This document shows positions 46,396-56,942 of a stretch of 64,000 nucleotides of DNA, piece by piece. The position numbers and the translations under genes were made by a program. The stretch's first letter is position 1; each line of letters starts with the position of its first letter. The DNA comes from a virus: IMG/VR virus record IMGVR_UViG_3300045988_148355, positions 58,966 through 122,965 of that record. One strand, written 5' to 3'. Under the pieces are notes generated by a model. It ran no database searches. It was not told the DNA's origin and saw only the letters and a list, made by a program, of their open reading frames with translations.

Positions 46396-48819
46396 TTATA
46401 CCTTAGTTACTGACTTAATCTTACTAGACTTAATAATCTGATTACCAACAGAAATACGTCCAAGAGCAGGAATGTCTTTCGCGGAAACGCAAATAGATGC
46501 TTTATCCCCTGTAATAAGTAGATTATCTTCGTCAGCAATTAGCGCGGTTGCGGTCAATGGACCGGTAGACCCACTCGTTTTATATATATTAAGTCCTTTA
46601 CCACCACGTTTTTGTAAAGTCAATTCATTTAAAGACAACTTCTTTCCTAAGCCATTTTCACTAAATACTGCGATAGAATCAGTGTCATGTCGAATTGGCA
46701 TAGTAGAAATTACTTCATCACCTTCATTAAGATTAATACCTTTAACTCCAGCAGTAGCACGAGAGGTCGCAGTAATGTCTGTGGAATTAAATTTAATTCC
46801 CATACCATTTTTAGTTGTTAATACAATAGGCTCATCTTTAATTAAACACACAGAGGCTAAGCTATCACTTTCGCGCAAATTAATTGCGACAATACCAGTC
46901 TTTTTCTTCGTATTAATATACTCTTCCAGAGCAGTCTTTTTTACAAGCCCATTCTTAGTGGTAAATAATACATATTTAGCATCAGTATCTCTATAAATTG
47001 AATACATTGTTTCAGGACTTTCATCAGGAGCCATATTTACAAGACTCTTAATAGATTGACCTTGTGAACTATTTGTTCCTACTGGAATATTATCAACTAA
47101 AAGACGATACATTACACCTTTATTTGAGAAAATCATTAAAGAATCAATAGTATTAGTTCTTAAAACACAAGAGGTAATATCTTCTTGAGATTTAATACCT
47201 TTACCATTTTTCTTTTGCGTGCGATAGGAAGCTGTCGGAATACGCTTAATTGTTCCGCCTTCAGTCATTACAACAACGCACTTCTCAGGTTCAACATATT
47301 CAATTTCTTTATCTTCTTTTTCCACTGGAGCTTGAATGATTTTAGTAATACGTGCATCACCATAAGTATTTTTAATAGTAATGAAAATCTTTTCAAGTTC
47401 ATCAGTGGAATCTTTAAGAATTAAAGCTAAACGCTCACTCTCTTTAATTAAATTATCTCTTTCCTCTTGGATTTCAACTTTTTCTAAACGAGCTAATCTA
47501 CTTAATTTAATATCAAGAATTGCTTTAGCTTGATCTTCATCTAACTTATATTGAGTCATTAAAGCTTGACGAGCAACAATGGCGCTTTCGCTCTTTTTAA
47601 TAAGAGCAATTACGTTATCAATATCTTCAAGTGCTTTAAGAATACCATTTAAAATATGAATACGAGCTTGTGCTTTATCATATTCATATTTTGTTTTTCT
47701 TAATATTACATCTTTTTGATGACTAATATAAATTTCAATAAGTTGTTTAAGATTTAAAAGTTTTGGTTTCTTATTAACAAGAGCAACTTGATTAAAACTA
47801 TATGTTTCTTCAAGACGAGATAATTTATAAAGTTTAGAAATGATAGGTTGAGCACTAACGCCCTTATCAAGTTCAATTACAAAACGCACTCCATCTTTAG
47901 TGCTTTCATCTCTAATGGCAACAATACCATTTAATTTACCCTCTTCACAAAGTTTATCAATATCTTCACAAAGAGTATCTTTTGAAACTTTATAAGGAAT
48001 TGTAGTAAATACAATTAAATCATGTGTTTTTTCATGCTCAATTACATAATCAGCCCTCATACGAGCTCGACCCTTACCAGTTAAATAAGCAGTCTTTAAT
48101 TCATCTTTATTAATAACAGTTCCACCAGTAGGGAAATCAGGGCCTTGAACAAATTGAAGCAAATCTTCAACTTTACACTCGCTATTGCGCAAAGTGTAAA
48201 TAATTGCATCCATAATTTCAGTTAAATTATGTGGAGCAAAAGAACAAGCCATAGCGACTGCAATACCAGTAGTGCCATTTACAAGAAGATGCGGAATTCG
48301 GCCCGGCAAATATACTGGTTCATTTTCAACATCAGTATAAGCTAATTGCCAATCACAAGTATTCTTTTTAATGTCAGCAAGCATTTCTTCGCCAACTTTA
48401 GATAATTTACATTCAGTATAACGATATGCTGCTGGCTCTCCACCATCACGACTACCATTATTGCCATGGAATGAAATTAATGGATAACGCATCGTCCAAG
48501 GTTGGCTTAAAAGACATAAAGCTCCATAAATAGAACTATCGCCGTGAGGATGAAAACGACCCATTGCATCACCGACAGGCTGAGCGCACTTAACAAACTT
48601 CTTATTATTAAAGTATCCTTTATCGAACATATCATAAAGAATACGTCTTGCAACTGGTTTTAATCCATCTTCTGCAGATGGAATTGCTCTATCAGTTATT
48701 ACACTTAAAGAGTAATCCAGGAAGGATTGCTCCACTTCATTAACTATTGGAGTTTTTAGAATCTCTCCCATATTTTTTAAGGACCTCCTCAGCTGTAATT
48801 TTTCCAGTGGCAAGACCAT
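46396..48819 (-). CDS. type II topoisomerase subunit A (GyrA/ParC/T4 gp52-like)
   Basis: Motifs EDGLKPVARRILY and HPHGD. Active-site Tyr region AAYRYTE. Confidence 0.85.
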   Translation of the reverse strand: MVLPLEKLQLRRSLKNMGEILKTPIVNEVEQSFLDYSLSVITDRAIPSAEDGLKPVARRILYDMFDKGYFNNKKFVKCAQPVGDAMGRFHPHGDSSIYGALCLLSQPWTMRYPLISFHGNNGSRDGGEPAAYRYTECKLSKVGEEMLADIKKNTCDWQLAYTDVENEPVYLPGRIPHLLVNGTTGIAVAMACSFAPHNLTEIMDAIIYTLRNSECKVEDLLQFVQGPDFPTGGTVINKDELKTAYLTGKGRARMRADYVIEHEKTHDLIVFTTIPYKVSKDTLCEDIDKLCEEGKLNGIVAIRDESTKDGVRFVIELDKGVSAQPIISKLYKLSRLEETYSFNQVALVNKKPKLLNLKQLIEIYISHQKDVILRKTKYEYDKAQARIHILNGILKALEDIDNVIALIKKSESAIVARQALMTQYKLDEDQAKAILDIKLSRLARLEKVEIQEERDNLIKESERLALILKDSTDELEKIFITIKNTYGDARITKIIQAPVEKEDKEIEYVEPEKCVVVMTEGGTIKRIPTASYRTQKKNGKGIKSQEDITSCVLRTNTIDSLMIFSNKGVMYRLLVDNIPVGTNSSQGQSIKSLVNMAPDESPETMYSIYRDTDAKYVLFTTKNGLVKKTALEEYINTKKKTGIVAINLRESDSLASVCLIKDEPIVLTTKNGMGIKFNSTDITATSRATAGVKGINLNEGDEVISTMPIRHDTDSIAVFSENGLGKKLSLNELTLQKRGGKGLNIYKTSGSTGPLTATALIADEDNLLITGDKASICVSAKDIPALGRISVGNQIIKSSKIKSVTKV

Positions 48820-49264
48820 CTGCTAATTCATTCCACAAATGGCCATCGTGCCCGGAAATTTTTCTTAAATCAATTTTAACTTCTTTTTCTGTTTCATAAT
48901 AATCTTTAATTAAATCAAGATTTTCTGGAGCTTTTTTATTAGATTTAATCCAATTATTACGTTCCCATCCATACATCCAATTAGTAAAAGTATTTACACA
49001 ATAGGCTGAATCACTATATACAGTAGGGATATCATTAGTCCATTCTCCATTGTCATGCTTGCCATATTTTTTCAATACATGAAGAATAGCTTTAATTTCT
49101 TCGCGGTTATTGGTAGTATCTTCAAAAGCGTTTATTTGACAAGCATCAATTACAACACCGTTTTCAGGATTGCTATCATATTCAATAACAACAAACCCAT
49201 AACCACCGCTATTATTTATTTGTCCGTTTTTACGACACGAACCGTCCGTATAAATTGCTATCAT
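48740..49264 (-). CDS. rnh: ribonuclease H
   Basis: Motifs IYTDGSC, YSDSAY and GHDGH..NELAD. The 3' end overlaps the annotated topo A start. Confidence 0.7.
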   Translation of the reverse strand: MIAIYTDGSCRKNGQINNSGGYGFVVIEYDSNPENGVVIDACQINAFEDTTNNREEIKAILHVLKKYGKHDNGEWTNDIPTVYSDSAYCVNTFTNWMYGWERNNWIKSNKKAPENLDLIKDYYETEKEVKIDLRKISGHDGHLWNELADGLATGKITAEEVLKKYGRDSKNSNS

Positions 49265-49362
49265 TATTTTTTATACCATATTTTATTAAATCCACTTAAA
49301 GAATAGATATTTTTATAATCATTATATACATCTAATCTTTTTTCTTTATTTTCTTTTCTTCG

Positions 49363-49950
49363 CTAAATTTCTATCCAAATTTCTTGTTGATTAGAACTAA
49401 TTTGACTTTTTCTAGCAAAACTTCTTACTTTAGATAAATATTCTTTTGATTTAACATATTCTATAGCTTCAGGACATATATCTATCCAACTGTCGCCCTT
49501 CCAAATATGTTTAAATCCTGATAAAGAAATTTTTTTACTATATAAAGGATAAACTTCAGACAACATTTTCCCCTAAAGTAATAAAGTTCTAATGTTTTGG
49601 ACTTCTTGTTCAGTTAAAGAAGAATTTGGATTTTTCTCTCCAGGTAAAGAAGGCCCTCCTTCTCCCCCTTTAGTTTCATTATAACCATTATTATAAGAAC
49701 CATAATATTCAATCCAATATTTCTCACGTTCAAATAATTTTTCTTTTGAAGTTAATTCAATTATTTCAAAAGAAAAATTATCAATTCCATATTTTCGGAA
49801 TGCTTTATGAATACTATAATTATACTAAGGATTTTTTTCTAATATTGATTCTGATTTATGAGAAATCCATCTACGTTCTATATTAACAGAACATCCTATA
49901 TAAATTTTTTTATTTATATTATTAGTTATTTTATAAATACCACAGCTCAT
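49363..49950 (-). CDS. GIY-YIG homing endonuclease with two in-frame TAGs
   Basis: N-terminus MSCGIYKITNNINKKIYIGCS...RRWISH. Track ORF 49363..49566 is its C-terminal DNA-binding part. Paralogous to 50785..51300. Confidence 0.6.
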
Positions 49951-49993
49951 ATTCTATTCACCTCATAAGAATATGAAATTATGAATGATTGCC

Positions 49994-50311
49994 TTAACAA
50001 AATTTGTCCGGGCAATCATGTGATGGCCTCCCTAAAAATTCATTTTCTCCACAATCAATATGAAAAGAAGTATTAGTAAAAATAGTAATTTTATCAATAA
50101 AATAATCGTTAATAATATTTACTTTATTATCTGGAAATAACTTTTGTAATTGCTCATGGAGGTCTCTACAAGTAATTATATCAATATCTTTATTAACATG
50201 AGCTAAAATAACGTCATCTTTACGAATAGGAATTATTTCAATAGGTGTTCCTTTATAATTACTTACATATCCCTTATCAGTTTTATACATCAATATTGGC
50301 CCTTTCTGCAT
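49994..50311 (-). CDS. hypothetical protein
   Basis: Track ORF. Confidence 0.25.
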   Translation of the reverse strand: MQKGPILMYKTDKGYVSNYKGTPIEIIPIRKDDVILAHVNKDIDIITCRDLHEQLQKLFPDNKVNIINDYFIDKITIFTNTSFHIDCGENEFLGRPSHDCPDKFC

Positions 50312-50495
50312 TTAATTCAATGAAAGATTTACGAGGGCCAACTGATTCACCCATTAAATCCATAAATGTTTTATTTACAAGATTCATATCATCCATTGTA
50401 ATCTGTTTTAAGGTGCGAGTTTCTGGATTCATAACCAATTCCATTTCATGAGTATCCATTTCACCTACATGTTTCTCCAATATTACTATTGGCAC
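50283..50495 (-). CDS. hypothetical protein (overlaps the previous ORF by 29 nt in a different frame)
   Basis: Track ORF. Confidence 0.25.
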   Translation of the reverse strand: MPIVILEKHVGEMDTHEMELVMNPETRTLKQITMDDMNLVNKTFMDLMGESVGPRKSFIELNAERANIDV

Positions 50496-50784
50496 TGACT
50501 ATTTCTTCGCTCCGGCTAACGTATTAACTGCCATCATCACGCCTACCTTTTTGAAAGTATGTATCAATAATACTTCCTACTCCCCGACAAAGGGGATAGT
50601 CGATACAGGATTAAACTACGATATTTTTCCAATTCTAATAACTCCATATATTTGTAAAAGAACCATATGTAAGTTTATTAGAATAATCTTTATAAACTTC
50701 TCTTATATTTTCTCCATTTTTACGACGTAATCTTATTTGATAAACATCTTGCTCAGTCATTTTAGAACGTCCATTTTTACTTCC

Positions 50785-51300
50785 CTAATTAGAAGTATTA
50801 TGTTTATGAAAATTTTTATTTTCAATACTATACACTTCTGGCATGATATTTTTCCAAGTATCACCATTCCAAATTTTATGGAAACCAGACTCACCAATTA
50901 AATTTTTATAATCTTCATAAACCTCATTTTTTCTTTCTTGATTATTATAGCGAGTTCTAATATCAATAACATCTTGCTTAGTTAACTTATGACTCGGATG
51001 GCTTTCTTCAGCATTAAATTGTCCTCCAGGAGTCATATTATACTAATCAGGATAAGTATTATAATACTTTATATAATACTATTCTTTATCATTAAGCTCT
51101 TCTATAGAACATTCTTCCAATATTTCAAAAGAAAAATTATCTATTCCATATTCTAATATGTCTTTATATAACTTTTTATTTTTTTCTCTATACCAGTTAT
51201 ATGATTTTTTATGTTCTCTAAAACGCTATTCTATTTGTGTGCTTTGTCCTATATAAGATAAGTTATTTATTTTATTGGTTATTTTGTAAATACCAATCAT
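50785..51300 (-). CDS. GIY-YIG homing endonuclease with three in-frame TAGs
   Basis: Reverse-strand translation reads MIGIYKITNKINNLSYIGQSTQIE-TAG-RFREH...DKE-TAG-YYIKYYNTYPD-TAG-YNMTPGG. The TAGs sit at positions occupied by polar residues in paralogs. Confidence 0.6.
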
Positions 51301-51451
51301 TTTAATTACCTCACTAATTATAAGTAAGATAATATCGCAGTTCTTCCCACGAGATTATCTCCACTAATATTTAACGCTTATTCATTTCAATTTTTCCTGA
51401 AATGTCCTAAATATTAGCAAGACTGCCTCGTTAGCCGCCAACTGGAAAATT

Positions 51452-53266
51452 TTACCAATTCGCGACCCCGCCGATCAGCGGAAAAGTAGGTAAGGGCCAG
51501 ACTTTCTCGTACCCTTTCATACGTCCTAATTCAAAGTTTTTGCTTTTCATAGTTTTTCTGAATGTTTCAAGAGCGACGTCATCTTTAAGATATTTAATAT
51601 TTGTGCCCCAAGTCGCTTTATAAAGAGGTGGAACCGCAGCATAAATATAACCTTTTTCAATTAATTCAGGTGCAAATTTCCAAATAAATGTAAGAAATAG
51701 AATACGAATATGGCTACCATCAACATCAGCATCCGCTGTGATAATAATCTTACCATAACGTAATTTAGATTCGTCCACAATTACTTTACCATCTTTAACC
51801 TCAAGACCAAAAGCATCAATCATCGCACTAATTTCTTTATTTCCTAATGCTTTATGCAAATCTGTTTTTAAAGTATTAAGGATTTTACCTCTTACAGGCA
51901 AAACTGCTTGTGTATTACGGTTACGAGCTTCTTTAGTAGGGCCTTCCGCGGAACGGCCTTCAACAATAAAAATTTCACATTCGCTTCTATTTTTACTATT
52001 GGCATCACTTAGTGTGCCGGGTAGAATGGTTCTTTTCTTTGTATCAACTTTACGAACGGTTTCTTTAGCCTTTTTCGCTTTTTCGCGTGCCGCACGCGCC
52101 AGCATTGCCTTATCTACAATAGCTTTAGCATCTTTTGGATTATTGTCGAGCCAAACTTTTAAATCTTTTGAGACAAGACGTTGAACAATAGTTCTTGCTT
52201 CACTACTGGATAAAACATCTTTGGTTTGACCAGAGAAAACCGGATCAGGCATAATAAATGAAAGAACAAGACTTAATCCTTCTTTAAGTTCTTCACCAGT
52301 GATATTAGCATCTTTCTCTTTTAAAAGACCTTTATCACGAGCATATTCATTAATAGAAGTAGTAAGTGCTGTTCTAAAACCGGTTAGATGTGTTCCACCA
52401 CTATTAGGAATTGAATTAGTATAAAGTTTATAAGTATCGCTATAGGTATCATTATATTCCATAGCAATTTTTACACCAATTCTATCTTCAATATTTTCAG
52501 TATAAAAAATTGAAGTAAGAGAAGTTTTATTGCTATTTAAATCTTTAATATAATCAAGAATACCATTTTTTGAAGTAATCTCTTCTTCTGGCTTATCAAG
52601 ATAAGTAAAATGAAATACCATACCAGGAGAAAGATAAGCTAATTCTTGAATTTGTTTTCTTAAAGCATCATAATCAAGAAGAATACCTTCTTTAAAAATA
52701 CTTTCATCTGGCAAAAATTTAACCCAAGTTCCAGTCTCTTTACCAGTCCATTTTTCTTCTTGATAATCTTTTAATTTTCCTTTTTCAAAAGATGCAACTG
52801 CGTGTTTACCATCACGGAAAGACGCTACTTGAAAATAACGAGAAAGAGCGTTAGTGGCTTTAGCGCCAACGCCATTCATACCACCAGATGTATTATATCC
52901 AGTTTTTCCGTTGCTATCAAATTTTGCACCGGTATGTAGTTTTGTATAAATATTTACCAATGTTTCACTACCGTCTTTAGCTTTTCCAAAAGGAACACCA
53001 CGTCCATTGTCGCGGATTTCAACATAACCATCTTTAGATACTGAAATATCGCAACGAGTACAATGACCATTTAAATATTCATCAACCGCGTTTGAAATAA
53101 TTTCAAGAGTAATATGTTTAACTCCATCGGGTCCAGTAGAACCGATAAACATACCAGGTCTAAGACGAATTGCCTCCATCCCTTCTAAAGTTTTTATATC
53201 TTTAATACCATAATCATCTTTTCCTCTTTTGAGGATAATTTCTTGACTCAATCTAAATACCTCCAA
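51452..53266 (-). CDS. type II topoisomerase subunit B (GyrB/ParE/T4 gp39-like: GHKL ATPase plus TOPRIM)
   Basis: Motif EGRSAEG. ATP-lid segment GGMNGVGAKATN. Confidence 0.85.
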   Translation of the reverse strand: MEVFRLSQEIILKRGKDDYGIKDIKTLEGMEAIRLRPGMFIGSTGPDGVKHITLEIISNAVDEYLNGHCTRCDISVSKDGYVEIRDNGRGVPFGKAKDGSETLVNIYTKLHTGAKFDSNGKTGYNTSGGMNGVGAKATNALSRYFQVASFRDGKHAVASFEKGKLKDYQEEKWTGKETGTWVKFLPDESIFKEGILLDYDALRKQIQELAYLSPGMVFHFTYLDKPEEEITSKNGILDYIKDLNSNKTSLTSIFYTENIEDRIGVKIAMEYNDTYSDTYKLYTNSIPNSGGTHLTGFRTALTTSINEYARDKGLLKEKDANITGEELKEGLSLVLSFIMPDPVFSGQTKDVLSSSEARTIVQRLVSKDLKVWLDNNPKDAKAIVDKAMLARAAREKAKKAKETVRKVDTKKRTILPGTLSDANSKNRSECEIFIVEGRSAEGPTKEARNRNTQAVLPVRGKILNTLKTDLHKALGNKEISAMIDAFGLEVKDGKVIVDESKLRYGKIIITADADVDGSHIRILFLTFIWKFAPELIEKGYIYAAVPPLYKATWGTNIKYLKDDVALETFRKTMKSKNFELGRMKGYEKVWPLPTFPLIGGVANW

Positions 53267-53269
53267 ATA

Positions 53270-53997
53270 TAATTTTTATGGGTATTTCTTTTACCTCTAC
53301 AAACAGCGGATATAGTAGAAGAATTTCCTTCACAAAATTGTGCTGCTAATTGTAAACTATCGAATTCTTTTATAAGATTATTATTTTTATCAAATGCTCC
53401 TACTTTACGGCTTGTTTTTATTATTCTATTAGACTAAATTTGATTAGTCTTTTTTTCAGGTTCAATAATTTGATTTTCTTCATCTAAAAATCTAAATACT
53501 CTATTTCCTGTAGTTAGTCTAATCCCATTACATACGTTACTAATTTTAAATCTATCTAAATTAGTCTATTCTCCTGCGTCAGCCAATGAATTCCAAATAT
53601 TTAAAATATTTTTATTTTTATCAATTTCACAAACTTTTTTTCCATATTTTTTTCTTTTTGTATCACTCATTTTTGAAGCAATTTTAGGATCAAACATAGG
53701 ACTTTCTGTATTATCAGTCTAATTATAGCCTTTTGGAAAAATACAGTCTTCTTTAATAATATAATCATGCTCTATTTTAATCATATCTTCCCAATTTTTA
53801 GCATTACTAATAATTTCAAATGTAAAATTATTTATCCCGTATTCACGGAAATCTTGCATCAGTGGATAATTATAACGATGATCTTTCGGATTTTTAGAAG
53901 CTCCAATATGATGTCTCCAACGTCTATGCACATCAATCGAAGAACCAATATATATTTTGTTATTTATTTTATTAGTAATTTTATAAATTTGATACAT
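53270..53997 (-). CDS. GIY-YIG homing endonuclease with three or four in-frame TAGs; 3' end overlaps the topo B start
   Basis: Track ORF 53719..53997 (MYQIYKITNKINNKIYIGSS...RRWRHH) continues through TAGs to a TGA at ~53270. Confidence 0.55.
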
Positions 53998-54069
53998 AGA
54001 AATTCACAACCTTTCTATTATATCTTAAAATTTATTTAGACATTTTTTACATTCCTGTCCCATTCCTGG

Positions 54070-54294
54070 TCAACCGCACTCATATTCATTATAAACAATT
54101 TTTTCAAAATCTTCTTTAGAGATTTCGGGTAAAGTATATAAATAACCATTAGCTTTATCATTATAATAAAATAAAAAACTATTATAATCATGATTTTCTA
54201 ATGCTTTTTCGATACTATTAATTACTGTTGGAATATAATCTCTAGAAAGATGGTCATACCAATAATAAACGATACCTTCAGTTGTCGTTGCCAT
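54070..54294 (-). CDS. hypothetical protein
   Basis: Track ORF. Confidence 0.3.
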   Translation of the reverse strand: MATTTEGIVYYWYDHLSRDYIPTVINSIEKALENHDYNSFLFYYNDKANGYLYTLPEISKEDFEKIVYNEYECG

Positions 54295-54988
54295 TAGATT
54301 CCTCCTTAGTTTTAGGAATAATTTGATTCAATTTATGACCATAAATTGAATTATTAGCTAATTCTTCTAAATATTGTTTATTATTAACTAATTCTTCAAT
54401 TTGATTTAATTTATAATCATAAACTAAATCATCGTATAATTTCTTTAAATATTTTTTATTAAGTAATTCTTCAATAGGAGTTCCATTTTTCCATCTGAGA
54501 AAAATTACATTAACAAAAGACTTAACAGCTGGATGCATTAAGACCTCTTCACGCTTTTTAAGCCACCAATTTAATTCACTTTCTGCATTGAATTTGTCTT
54601 TCATATAGGCGGCTCCCGCGCCCAAATAATCACAAAGAAGTTCAACGGTATCTTCATAGGGCATTAATAGTGCTTTTGGATGACCTACTCCACCATCTTT
54701 AATATCATCAATCCAATACTCCCAATGATGAGTATTGTGGCCTTTATGATGTTGCCATGCTTTACTAAATCCATTAACATCTTTACAATTATCAATTGGA
54801 GAACGATTACCGGTCCAATAATGAGCGGATTCAATGAATTCAATAGGAGTGAACTTGGATAAATCATGTTTAATACCGCGCCAAGGGATACCAGCCATTT
54901 TACAATATTTAAATACATATTTTTTATGTATTAAAACAGTATTTAAATGATTAATATAATTACTCATATTTTTTTTCTCCAATAACAT
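54278..54988 (-). CDS. His-rich hypothetical protein (HHKGHNTHHWEYW), possibly a metal-dependent hydrolase
   Basis: Track ORF. Confidence 0.3.
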   Translation of the reverse strand: MLLEKKNMSNYINHLNTVLIHKKYVFKYCKMAGIPWRGIKHDLSKFTPIEFIESAHYWTGNRSPIDNCKDVNGFSKAWQHHKGHNTHHWEYWIDDIKDGGVGHPKALLMPYEDTVELLCDYLGAGAAYMKDKFNAESELNWWLKKREEVLMHPAVKSFVNVIFLRWKNGTPIEELLNKKYLKKLYDDLVYDYKLNQIEELVNNKQYLEELANNSIYGHKLNQIIPKTKEESNGNDN

Positions 54989-55177
54989 ATTTCTTTATTT
55001 TATAAATATATTATAACAAAAATATTTTGGAAAGTCAAAAATCGTGGCTTAAAATGTCAATTTAAATAAAACTTGACAGAGATAAAAAATTTTTTGTATA
55101 ATATATTTAAGGGAAACGCCCAGAGATATAAATAAAAAAAATTGGATAGTATATAAAATATACTATCCAATTTTATA

Positions 55178-55573
55178 TTAAATACCATAATCAGTATTTA
55201 TAGGGGCACTATTATCGCTATAATCGTCTTCGGTGTAATAATTCATAGAAGTAGTTTCAGTATTATCTACTACTGGTATATTATTTAATTCTTCTTTATA
55301 ATTATTATAAGCTTCATCAAGCTCTTTCATAACTGAAGCATATTTAACGCCATCTTTAGTATTTTCAGCCATTGATTTTTTATAATAGTATACTTGGCTC
55401 ACGCCATATGCTGCCCAAGGAAGACTTGCGCTTGCAGTAAGCCAGGGTAAAGAACCCATATATCCATTATAAATACAATAAAATGCTAAAACAATATATG
55501 CTAATGTTGAAATCCAAATTAAAGCAGATTCTTGAATTAATAAAGTCTTAGAAAATTCTCTTTTTTGTTTCAT
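55178..55573 (-). CDS. holin (two TM helices plus a charged C-terminal tail), immediately downstream of the endolysin
   Basis: Hydrophobic segments ALIWISTLAYIVLAFYCIY and LPWLTASASLPWAAYGV. Its start overlaps the endolysin stop. Confidence 0.5.
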   Translation of the reverse strand: MKQKREFSKTLLIQESALIWISTLAYIVLAFYCIYNGYMGSLPWLTASASLPWAAYGVSQVYYYKKSMAENTKDGVKYASVMKELDEAYNNYKEELNNIPVVDNTETTSMNYYTEDDYSDNSAPINTDYGI

Positions 55574-55574
55574 C

Positions 55575-56878
55575 TTACACCAATCCTTTATCTTTCATAA
55601 TTCTATAAAGAACTACAATCATTTCTTCACGAGTCATAAATTTTTTATACATTTTACGATTTAAATTATCGCCTTTAATATATCCTTTGCTTTCAGCCCA
55701 AGTTCTTTCCGTATCAGACCAAGAACTTGCGTTTTTTTCAGCTTGTTGATTTAAATAAACTTCCATCATTTCATTAAATTTATCCTAAGTCATATCGTCT
55801 TCATCCTCCTCATTAATATTTATATTATCACCAATTTTTTGTTTAAATAGCTACCATTGGTAATCGCCACTTGTTTTATAATAACTATTCATATCAGTTC
55901 CGCACAACGGACGAGGGCATAATTTACCAGTTACGTCATAGTGACGAATAACACGATTCGCAGGTATATTGTATTTCTACATTAATTGCTTTACTAATTG
56001 TACTGTATTTTCTAATGCTCTTGGATCGAAATACCAATCAGTATCACTGGCTACAATATTAGATTTATTTATTTTACAGGGTCTTACTTCAATTCCAATA
56101 GAATTAGCATTTCTACATTCAGGATGTTTATATCCTTTTCTTGTGCCGCAGTGCCAAGCAATATCTTCATCTTTAACACTACGATAAATAATATCTTTTT
56201 CATCAACACAATAATGGGCTGATGATTTAGCGACAGGATTTTTAAAATAATTACTAATATTTTTTGCCGTTCCCAAAGAACCAAAATAATGTATTACAAT
56301 ATATTTTATTTTTCTATTATTGCCTTTTTGATAATTAGATGTTGTTAAATTATCTACAATTTTCATATCTTCACCTTTTCCTATAAATTGGTCATATATT
56401 TCAACCCCATAATATAATCTCTACTATTGGATTTTTAAACTCTAATCTTTTGGTCGTTCAAACTATGTTAAAACTATATTTGAAGCAGTCTATATATCTT
56501 TACAATTTATTAAAGTATTCCAAACGGTAGGATAATATGTAGAAAGTTGATAAATTAAAAATTCAAGTTGTGTATTTAAGTTTCCTATTGAAGTATTTTT
56601 CTTTTTTGTAAAATCATATAATTGTTTTTTAAGACTCCAATAAGTCCATTGAGCTAAACCATATCCAACTTTATCATAAATGAAATTAGTATATTTACCA
56701 TTATCTACTTGTTTTGTATACTATTCATCATTTAATCCAAGTGTTTTTTCAAAACTATTTTGAAGATTTTTTGGATTAAAATTTGATTCAGCTTTTAAGT
56801 TTCCCATTAGCCCGGCTGTTCCATAAGGATTTTTTATTTGTTTATACAAATAATTCCAAGTTATTTCAATGTTAGTCA
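55575..56878 (-). CDS. three-domain endolysin: phage-tail-lysozyme-like N-domain, Amidase_2/PGRP N-acetylmuramoyl-L-alanine amidase, C-terminal SLH-like cell-wall-binding module; about five in-frame TAGs
   Basis: Track ORFs 55977..56366 and 55575..55769 lie in the same frame. Amidase motifs IVIHYFGS, HYCVD, AWHCG and HYDVTGKLCP. SLH-like segment SWSDTERTWAESKGYIKGD...TREEMIVVLYRI. Confidence 0.65.
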
Positions 56879-56898
56879 TATTATCCTCCTTTCTATAA

Positions 56899-56938
56899 AA
56901 TAAAAAAAGAAAGAGAAGAAGTAAATCTTCTCTTTCTT
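56899..56938 (-). terminator. rho-independent terminator
   Basis: Hairpin aagaaagagaag / cttctctttctt followed by a T7 run on the - strand. Confidence 0.5.
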
Positions 56939-56942
56939 ATAA

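Noticed and set aside
48740-48819. RNase H / topo A 80-nt overlap as a programmed overlap.
   Set aside because: It is more likely that topo A starts at the internal Met (MGEILK, ~48771), which leaves a short ordinary overlap. It is not distinctive enough to report.
50496-51451. tRNA or suppressor tRNA gene in the intergenic regions, including 58936-59117 and 56367-56942.
   Set aside because: No convincing cloverleaf (acceptor stem, GTTC-like T-arm) could be fitted by eye. 56367-56942 turned out to be the 5' part of the endolysin gene. The suppressor tRNA is probably elsewhere in the genome; this needs tRNAscan-SE.
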